64,000 nucleotides of DNA. Origin: Octopus vulgaris (taxonomy: Eukaryota). A model generated the notes under the pieces. The model saw nothing but the letters and a program-made list of their open reading frames with translations, did not search any database and had not been told where the DNA came from. Below are positions 54,644 through 64,000 of the stretch, in pieces (within the stretch, counting starts at the first letter, position 1; every line of letters begins with the position of its first letter). The position numbers and the translations under genes are program-made. The stretch spans positions 80,414,001 through 80,478,000 of the forward strand of contig OX597824.1 of the NCBI GenBank assembly GCA_951406725.2, read 5' to 3'.

Positions 54644-55132
54644 ATTTCTTTACTACCCACAAGGGGCTAAACATAGAGGGGACAAACAAGGACAGATAAA
54701 CGGATTAAATCGATTATATCGACCCCAGTGCGTAACTGGTACTTATTTAATCGACCCCGAAAGGATGAAAAGCAAAGTTGACCTCGGCGAAATTTGAACT
54801 CTGAACGCAACGGCAGACGAAATGCGGCTAAGCATTTCGCCCGCCGTGCTAACGTTTCTGCCAGCTCGCCGTCTTATAATATAAACACAAGCGATATACC
54901 TATTTCTTTACTACCCACAAGGGGCTAAACACAGAGAGGACAAACAAGGACAGACAAACGGGTTAAGTCGATTATATCGACTTTGATGCGTAACTGGTAC
55001 TTAATTTATCGACTCCGAAAGAATGAAAGGCAAAGTCGACCTCGGCGGAATTTGAACTCAGAACGTAACGACAGACGAAATACGGCTACACATTTCGTCC
55101 GGCGTGCTAACGTTTCTGCCAACTCGCCGCCT
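54644..55132 (-). mobile_element. Dimer of full-length SINE-D tail-2 elements
   Basis: Flanked by CTTTTTATCATATATCT at 54627-54643 and 55131-55147. Confidence 0.92.
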
Positions 55133-55344
55133 TTTTATCATATATCTGCTGGGTGAAAGCTGACCTGGTGCTAACTGATGCTAATGACAACAACAACAGC
55201 AACATCAACAAAGAAATCTTCTTTATACCATAACCGGTTGGTTAAAAATGAGAATATAACAAAACGTGGGATGGCGATGCCAAGAAACTATGCTGGATGA
55301 GAGCTGACCAAGGGTTAAGATTTTTTTTTGCCGTTTTATTGGCT

Positions 55345-55625
55345 TTGGCATGGCTGTGAAGTTAAGAAGCTTGCTTTGTAGCTGTACGTATATGTATATG
55401 TGTCCGTCTTTGTGGTTTGTTTTTTGTACCGCCACCATCGCTTGACGACCGTTGTTGATTTGGTTACGTCTCTGTAACTTAGCGGTTCGGTAAAAGAACG
55501 ACAGAATAAGTAACAAACCTGAGAAAAAAACACCCATATGTACTGGGGTTGCTTTGTTCAACTAAAAATCTTGAAGGCTGCCCCGTAGGGGCGCAGATCT
55601 ATGTCGAAAACAAGTTGAAAATAAT
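55345..55625 (+). mobile_element. Degenerate, internally deleted SINE family A
   Basis: GGCTGTG..TAAGAAGCTTGC head and GTAACTTAGCGGTTCGG body. Confidence 0.75.
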
Positions 55626-56215
55626 AATAATGCATATCTATTATTATATCATCCAATGTACTCGCCTATATCTAATACGGTAGGTTGTGATTCAGAGAAA
55701 ACTTGGTTGATATTTCTCGCAGGTCTAGAGATCAAGTTGTGAATGGGTAGTTGGTCCGTGATGTTGTGGATAAGATCATGATAGTGTATATTTATATTTT
55801 ATAGGAACACAGTGGAATCCGAGAAAACTACTAATGTTTGATGTCGGCAAACAGTAAACTACAAAATGGCCACCAAGAACGAAAAAATAGACTCCGTTAA
55901 ACTTACTTTTAATTCTATCTTCATGTCAGACCTGATAAAGCAGAGTCTTTTTGAGAATTTGGATCCAATTTCTAGCTGATAGAGCTTCTTCTGTAAACTC
56001 CTGGCTCTCAAAGAAGGTAGGTGGAGTCGAGTGCCTAAAAAATTGTATTGTAACCATTTCTCAGAATCAAGTACTACTTTGTTACATATATTATTCTTTC
56101 GCTGATTGCTTTAGATGACCGTATTATCATTACATAGTATGGACATACTTTGGTCGTTTTTCTTTCTTCGACTTAGTAGAAAATCCATAATGTAACAGGC
56201 AGAATAGGAGATAGG

Positions 56216-56353
<138 letters not shown>

Positions 56354-56502
56354 TGTGCCGGCTCTCGGCTGGAACTTTCGTATCGACACCGAAAAGATCA
56401 AAAGTGAAGCTGTCCTCAGCGGAATTTGAACTCAGAAAGCCGGGACAAATGCGATCATACATTTTACACGAATCCCTCGAATTGAGATAGGTGCTTTATA
56501 AT

Positions 56503-56717
56503 CCTTTCAACTTTAGGCACAAGGTCTGAAAGTTTTGGGGGAGGGAGCTAGTATATTACATCGACCCCAGTACGCAACTGGTACTTAATTTATCGATCCC
56601 AAAAGGATGAAAGGCTAAGTTGACCTCGGCGGAATACGAACTTAGAACGTAGTGACAGGGGAATTACCGCTATACGTTTCATCCAACGTGCTAACGGTTC
56701 TGCCAGCTCGCCGCCTT
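56503..56717 (-). mobile_element. SINE family D, tail type 1
   Basis: Full head, core and tail 1. Confidence 0.88.
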
Positions 56718-56792
56718 GAGACAGGCGTTTAATAATGTTGAAGCTGTCCCCAGCGGAATTTGAACTCAGAAAGCTAACACAAATGTCATCAC

Positions 56793-57068
56793 TCATTTTA
56801 CTTGATGGTCTAACGAGTCTACCAATCGCTCGCAACGATGAGATAAGTTTCTAATAATGTTGTAAGCAACACCGTGTTTGTGGTGAAGTTTAAGGAAGTT
56901 GATCTGGCAACAAAATTTGACTTCACCCGTTCCCCATACAAATTGATGAGATTTCAAGCAGTCATAAAGTCTATCCAGCTCAGACTTTATCAAGGCAACG
57001 ATCTTATAACTCGCTTGGAACATTGCCGATTCAGTATCTTCTGAATGGGAAAGTAATAAATACATCAC
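56793..57068 (-). mobile_element. Possible Penelope-like RT C-terminal remnant
   Basis: INFLKLHHKHGVAYNIIRNLSHRCERLVDS loosely resembles the PLE motif YLNF.S.HP..K.GVI..L.HRA..LC. Confidence 0.35.
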
Positions 57069-57416
57069 TTAATAAAGCAAGGTTGAATAACAAATTGAGA
57101 GCAAGGAGTCAAATTGCAGGTAGTTATGTAAGCTTGTTACACACACACACATACACAAACACATGTATGTATGTAAGCAAATATACACATGCAAACACAT
57201 ACTTATATATGTACGAATATGTGTATATTAAATAAGGAATTAAATTACAGGTAGCTATGTAAGTTTCTTCATATGATTGCCTCTGTGTGTGCGCGTATAT
57301 TATGTGTATACTTATATATTTGTAAAGATACATGCATCTATATATATATTTTAATGTATGTTTACATATAGTATACATATATACATACATACATACGCAC
57401 ATACATACATAAATAT

Positions 57417-57494
<78 letters not shown>

Positions 57495-57844
57495 CATACA
57501 TACATACATACATGCATATATACCGTGGTTTGATTTTCAACAAGTGATATGGTACTCGATCAGTTACGTGAGAAGAGATATTGTCATAATAAAAGCCACA
57601 AAAAAATCTTGTAAAATATAGCTACCCAGGAAATCCTGGGTAGCTATGTTTCACAAGGCTCCTTCTAATCTTTCTTATAATAACATATACATATATATGC
57701 ATAGATATGTGTGTATGTGTGTGTGTATGGATACGTGACTTTTAAATGGCCTTATTGGTAGTAATAGTTTCATGTAAGACGCAGTAGAATGTTGGGGGAA
57801 ATGGTTGTTCGAAATTACAGAGTTATTTTTCTCATTATTTATTG

Positions 57845-58172
57845 ATTTACAGGTTTTGGTCGTTTGACTGTGGCCATGCTGGAGCACCGTCTGTAAGGGA
57901 TTTTAGTCGAAGAAATCGACCCCAGGACTTATTTCTTGTAAGTCTTGTACTTATTCTGTCGGGGTCTTTTGCCGAACCGCTAAGTTCGGAGACATAAACA
58001 CACAAACATCGGTTGGCAAGTAATAGTGGAGGACAAACACATACAAAGACACACACAAATAATTATATATATTTACATATGTATACGACAAGCTTCTTTC
58101 GGTTTCCGTTTACCAAATCCACTCACAATGCTTTGTTAGGCCCGATGCTATAGTAGAAGACACTAACCCAAG
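57845..58172 (-). mobile_element. SINE family A, 5'-truncated
   Basis: Aligns with 29681-30010. Confidence 0.88.
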
Positions 58173-58375
58173 TTGTATGAAATTCGTAGCCACTTTAACA
58201 TGGCTGCCCGTTCGAGCGGACCCTAGTGCGATATTTAAACCCAAGGGGACATCTCTAATTGGTTGACGATGCAAGGCTGCATCCGATAAAATTGGGAGCA
58301 GGGTAGCGAACCTCTACCATCTCCTAGCGACAGGACCAGTAAATCAGTTCTAGTTTCGAGCTGTTGCCGCCTCTT

Positions 58376-58446
58376 CTCAGTACTGGACACCTAGTCTGCT
58401 AGTGATGATAGCAGTTCGCTTCTGTTCGCAACACACACACACATAT

Positions 58447-58541
<95 letters not shown>

Positions 58542-59250
58542 TATACATATATATATATATATTTCAAGCGAACTCACAATCGGTGATTTTGTACCAAGCC
58601 AAACTGCTTTTACTAAAATATCTCTAAGAGATCAACGTTGTAGTTTTACTGCCAAGTAATATTCATAGAGTAAAGGCGCGTGGCTTAGTGGTTAGGGTGT
58701 CAGCTCCGTGACCGTAAGATTGTGGTTTCGATTCCTGGACCCGGCGACGGGTTGTGTTCTTGAGCAAGACACTTCATTTCATGTTGCTCCAGTCCACTCA
58801 GCTGGCAAAAATGGGTAACGCTGCGATGGACTGGCGTCCGGTCAAGCTGGGGAACACATACGCCATAGAAATCGGGAAACCGGGCCCATGAGCCTTGCTA
58901 GGCTTTAAAAGGGTGCATTTATTTATTTTTATATTCATAGACACTTTAACATGGCTGTCCGTTCGAGCGGACACAACTGCGATTTCTTTTAACCCCAAGA
59001 GGACATCACCTCTAGCTGGTTAACGATGCACAGCCGCTCGTAATTTTATGAGATGTAGCTGTATATCGTTAACCAACTAGCGGAGATGTCCTCTTGGAGT
59101 TAAAAAATCGCAGTAGAGTCCGCTCGAACGGACAGCCATGTTAAAGTGGCTACGGGTATTGCTTGTCAGCACAACTATTGTTTTGATCTTTTAGAGAGAT
59201 TTCAGTACTAGCATTTTTGCTTCTTGTAAAATCAGCGGTCTAGTACTGAG
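58376..59250. mobile_element. Palindromic foldback element with nested insertions
   Basis: Termini CTCAGTACTGGAC and GTCTAGTACTGAG; arms 58580-58669 plus 58942-59040 pair with 59050-59240. Confidence 0.75.
58670..58930 (+). mobile_element. SINE family C with 11-bp TSD
   Basis: TSD ATATTCATAGA at 58659-58669 and 58931-58941. Confidence 0.96.
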
Positions 59251-59444
59251 GAATAAAATAATCTTCTCATCGATGGGATTTTCTAAATTTCAGCTACATA
59301 GAACTCTGCATAATTCTCCTCCATATTGGATTATTATGTGGTATGCTAGCCAAGTCCGCCAGAGGAGCTTTGCGTGATATCCACACGATTCTATGAATCC
59401 ATATATTAGACTATAAATTCATATATACGTACACACACACACAT

Positions 59445-59520
<76 letters not shown>

Positions 59521-59524
59521 TCTC

Positions 59525-59760
59525 CAGGTGTGTCTGTGTGGTAAGTTGCTTGCTTACCAACTGCATGGTTCCGGGTTCAGTCTCACTGCGTGCCACGTCG
59601 GTGTGCTTACGTCCCCGTAACTTAGCACTTCGGCGCTAAAGAGACCGATAGAATAAGTACTAGGCTTACAAAGAATAAGTTCTGAGGTTTATTTGTTCGA
59701 CTAAATGCGGTGCTCCAGCCTGGCCACAGTAAAATAACTGAAACAAATAAAAGAACAAAA
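59525..59760 (+). mobile_element. SINE family A with internal deletion
   Basis: Head joined directly to GGTGTG.TTACGTCCCCGTAACTTAGC and the tail. Confidence 0.85.
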
Positions 59761-60564
59761 GAATATACATACATACATACATGCATGCATGCATACACAC
59801 AAGCATATATACATAGATACATACATAAATACATACATACACGTACACGTATACACACACATATATACACACACACATGCGTACACGCTCACAAGTGGAA
59901 ACAAATCCGAGAGAACAACGCGTTACGTCGAACATAAAATGTCTGCCGTTCGCCGATTACCCATACATTTTGATGAGTACTTTATAGTTCATGAATAATG
60001 AAATATCTATAACATATCGTCTTTCATCTTTAAATTGGAACAACTCTTCCTTTCCATCTTCCTGGCCCGCCACCGCCTACGCCACCGCCTCCGCCACCGC
60101 CTACGCCGCGGCCCCTTTTCTCTCGTTTCTTCTGGAGATTCTCTAAATCCATTATGTCCCAATATATACTCATTAGTCTCTTAACTTGCAGATCATATTT
60201 ATTTAACGGTTTGTCGCGTTATTTTCGAGCCACCCCACCACGATCTCTCTCTTTTTCTTCTGGAAAAAAACCCCATGTGGATAATGTTACACCAATAAAA
60301 GAACTTATAAGAGGAGGGACAGCACCATCCTCCTTCGAGCAGTTGGTTTTGCTCTTGTTGTTGTTGTTATTTTGTTATTTTTGTGTTATTGTTATTTTTT
60401 GTTTTGTTTTATTTTTCTCTTCCATTGTTCCACGTCAAAGTTTTTGTCCATCTTCCGCTTCCTTTCATATTCACACGACCATCGCTCCGTACACGCACCT
60501 TTATAAACTAACTAACGTGCAATTATGTCTCCATGGAAACCTCTGATGTCACTTCTTTCACCTT

Positions 60565-60869
60565 TCATCATCGTCGTCGTCGTCGTCATCGTCATCGTCG
60601 TCGTCATCGTCATCGTCATCGTCATCCTCAGACATCGTAATCGTCATCCCCTCCTCCTTTTCCTCCAATTCCTCATCGTCGTCGTCGTCATCGTCATCTT
60701 GTCATCATCCTTGTTGTCACCGTCGTCGTCGTCATCATCATGATCATCAACATCATGATCATGATCATCATCATCATCGTCGTCGTCGTCGTCATCATCA
60801 TCATCATCATTATCATCATCATCATCATCATCATCGTCGTCGTCGTCATCATCATCATCATCATCATCA

Positions 60870-60902
<33 letters not shown>

Positions 60903-60998
60903 TCATCATCGTGTTATCTTTGTTTTCGCTTATTGCTTATTGTTATTAATATCATCATTATCGAACATGTCATAATAGAAGTAATTACTATTATTATT

Positions 60999-61036
<38 letters not shown>

Positions 61037-61073
61037 GACCACCTTCACCACAACCACCACCACCACCACCGCC

Positions 61074-61107
<34 letters not shown>

Positions 61108-61117
61108 TATCATCATC
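60565..61117. repeat. (CAT)n/(CGT)n/(CAC)n trinucleotide field
   Basis: Direct inspection. Confidence 0.95.
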
Positions 61118-61265
61118 GTGATCTTTATTAGCGTCTGATTTGTTGTGCGATAAGAAAGACTTCCCCTTTCTTTCACACCCGTCACTTTTTGCGCTGTTTG
61201 TCCCTTTAACCAGTCACCTATCACTTCATGCTGACACGCATCACACACTTACACGGACCGAACGT

Positions 61266-61307
<42 letters not shown>

Positions 61308-63016
61308 GCAACAACGACAACAACAACGACAACAACAACGATAATAATAACAATAATGGCGGTGATGATTTCACAACAAAATTAACAATAATATGAAAAA
61401 GACACGAAGATATTAATAAGCAGAGACAACAATAAAGATAATAATTTTGGTTATTATAGTTATAAATCTTGTTCTTTGAGATTATTTATTTACTTATTTA
61501 TTTATTTATTTTTTTTTTTTTGTTTTTGTCTATTTGTTTTCCGTTTCCATTGTGTCTGCAAAATGTTTACGTCTTCGGCCATCGTTTCGTTTTTATGGAG
61601 GAATGGAAGCTGTAGTTGAGACATCCCGATAGCTTAAAGTAGCGAGATAAGATCAGTAAGAGATGGAAAAATGAAGTGGAGAGTGGGGAGTGAGGGGAAG
61701 GATGGGAGGGAGGTGAAAGAGAAATAGATAGCGAGATAAATAAGAGGGTTGAGTTGTTGAGAGAAAAAAGAAGGTAAAGAAACGAAAGCGAAAAGTGGGG
61801 GGGTGGGAAAGGTTGGGGAGGGAGATAAAAAGGGAAGGAAAATCAATTCGTATCCACACCTCGTTACTTTCATCCAATCTTGGGTAATGAAATACTTTAG
61901 ATCCCAGTCAATCTCTTTCTCTCGTCTCCCTTGGGGAACACCGCGATGTAATTTCTTTGTGTGAGATGAGATGCCGTTGTTAAGAAAAATTCGTTTAACC
62001 GTGAAAGGGGAAAAAAAGGGAGGAAAAAGAACAAGGAAAAGAAGGAAGGAATATAATGGTAAAAGAATAATAATAAATTAATATATAAAATATAAAATCA
62101 TAAAGTACAAAATAACAAAATATAAATAGCATACCGGAAGTTCTTTTTTCTAACTGACATATTCGTAAGTTCCTCTACGCCAGACCAAAGAAGAAGAATG
62201 GAGGGAAAAATATGTCTAAAATACGTGCCAGAAACGAAAATAAATAAATAATTTGAAGGGCGACGTTAGGAATGACACCAGAAAATATATCAATTAATTA
62301 AAATTACTTGTTAGTTAAATAGAGAAAATGACAACACGGCAGTAATTGTTAAAGAGCTTTATAATAAAGGAGGGGATGATTTTAATTTTAAGAAATTCAG
62401 AATTAATTTGACAAAATTAATTAACATACTTGCCAAAAAATTTTTGATCTTTGTTAGCAAATAGGGTAATAGTTATGAACATGTTTCGGAAGCATTATAC
62501 CTTGTCAGCGAAGCATAGTGAAAAACCAAGCCTGCTTTGAATGGTTAACAATGTTTTGTATTTTACAGCTATGGGGAAAAAAAAGTTACGAAGATTTCTG
62601 CGTAGTAATAATTTGCATAATCACAAACTAAAATGAGCTATTGGAAGTAATTCTATTGTGCCGATGAGAGGAATTTGTATACGCAAGAAACTGCAAATAA
62701 ATCAATCTCTTCTCTCGAATGTTCTCTCTGTAATTTCCAAAAAGCAATGCCTGAGAGAGAAAAAAAGGAAAGGGGTCCGTTTGTTATAAAACTTTCTGGT
62801 TTCTTCGTTACCGAAAGAAAATATTGTCATTTATGCTTCAGAATTTCGTTTCATATTGATTTTATTTTGCAATTTTTCGTTCCATCTTTTGTTTGAATCG
62901 GTTTTTCTCCAATGACAGTTCAATTTGCATTGTTTTACCTCTTAAATATTGGATTATTTTTCATGACTAAAATGATCAGAACCTCTCGCTAGATACGCAC
63001 GCACGCACACACACAT

Positions 63017-63097
<81 letters not shown>

Positions 63098-63115
63098 CAT
63101 ATAGATCTGAGCTCA

Positions 63116-63530
63116 ATTGTTGTTGTTGGCATCCTTTTGTCTCGGAGGTCAATGGAGTTGCGCATAAACTAATCCAGTCTGGTTTTTACATTTCGTGTCC
63201 TCTCCAGTTTCGTGTAGGCCTGGGCGAGATGTAAGAAAATCCTGGGTAGCCCAATCGTCAGGATAACTCTCTCGACCTTGTTGACGTAGTCCAAAGAAGT
63301 GCAGAGCATTACGTTTGGTTGCATGAGCTGCTGGAAGAGTGTCGAGTCGAACACTAAACCGCCTACGGGGCTCCACTCCGGATTTCTATGAAGGTTGTAT
63401 CCGTAAACCCTGGATAGGGGGCCCATACTGGGTACTGTCAGCCGGAGCTAGCTGATCCCGGGACTCGTGTCAGGCAGGGTCGTCACTCCCTGAAGTAGTA
63501 AAGAAAATCGCTACCCACTAACTGGTGAAC
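63116..63530 (-). mobile_element. Bipartite non-autonomous RTE-like element (5' UTR fused to 3' tail)
   Basis: Minus strand ends CTCCATTGACCTCCGAGACAAAAGGATGCC(AAC)n, like RTE/BovB 3' ends; upstream GGAGTGGAGCCCCGTAGGCGG resembles RTE 5' UTRs; no RT ORF. Confidence 0.6.
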
Positions 63531-63774
63531 TCAATACATGAATATATATATATATATATACGTTTTTTATTATTTTTAATCGACAGAATTAACGATCTCA
63601 AATGGGTGGGACTTTAATAAAAATAATAAAAATAATGGCTTCAAATTTTCGCCCCCGGTCAGCAAGTTGGCGTGAGAAGATAAGTTAATTATATCGATCC
63701 CAGTTCACTCCTAGTTCTTATTTTATCAAAGGCCGGACAAAATGCTTAGCAGCATTTCATCCGTCTTTATGTTA

Positions 63775-63990
63775 AGGCGGCGAGCTGACAGAAACGTTAG
63801 CATGCCTGACGAAATACTTGGTATTTCGTCTGCCGTTACGTTCTGGGTTCAAATTCCGCCGAGGTCGACTTTGCTTTTCATCCTTTCGGGCTCGATAAAT
63901 TAAGTACCAGTTGCGTACTGGAGTCGATCTAATCGTCTGGTCCCCTCCTCAAAAGTTTCGGGCCTTGTACTTAGAGTAGAAAAGGTTCTT
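63775..63990 (+). mobile_element. SINE family D, tail type 1
   Basis: Full head, core and tail ending CTTAGAGTAGAAAAG. Confidence 0.9.
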
Positions 63991-64000
63991 ATTTTATCAA

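Overview
AT-rich eukaryotic genomic DNA dominated by microsatellites and interspersed repeats. The SINE repertoire and the TA/CATA/TAA tract density point to an octopus (coleoid cephalopod) genome; this is inferred from remembered repeat sequences, not a search. I found no host protein-coding exon, so the window is probably a gene desert or a large intron, and almost all ORFs in the track are microsatellite translations. Recognisable content: a decayed L1/Tx1-type reverse transcriptase (2.7-4.0 kb, minus); a decayed mariner (12.4-13.6 kb); a rosa/maT-like deletion derivative; mariner MITEs; a piggyBac-like TTAA foldback; 3' ends of CR1-, Dong/R4-, HERO- and RTE-like LINEs; a probable Helitron; and at least six SINE-like families (my labels A-F), several with clear TSDs. 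Most interesting signals: (1) SINE-D tail-2 units repeatedly nested at the same internal GGTATTTCG site of other SINE-D copies, suggesting a self-targeting SINE; (2) a tRNA-derived SINE whose tail carries a Penelope-type minimal hammerhead, plus several other hammerhead-like motifs; (3) one SINE head joined to three different tails; (4) a covarying stem-loop motif shared by two otherwise different repeats; (5) many local inverted duplications. All family names are from pattern recognition and need Dfam/Repbase/Rfam confirmation.
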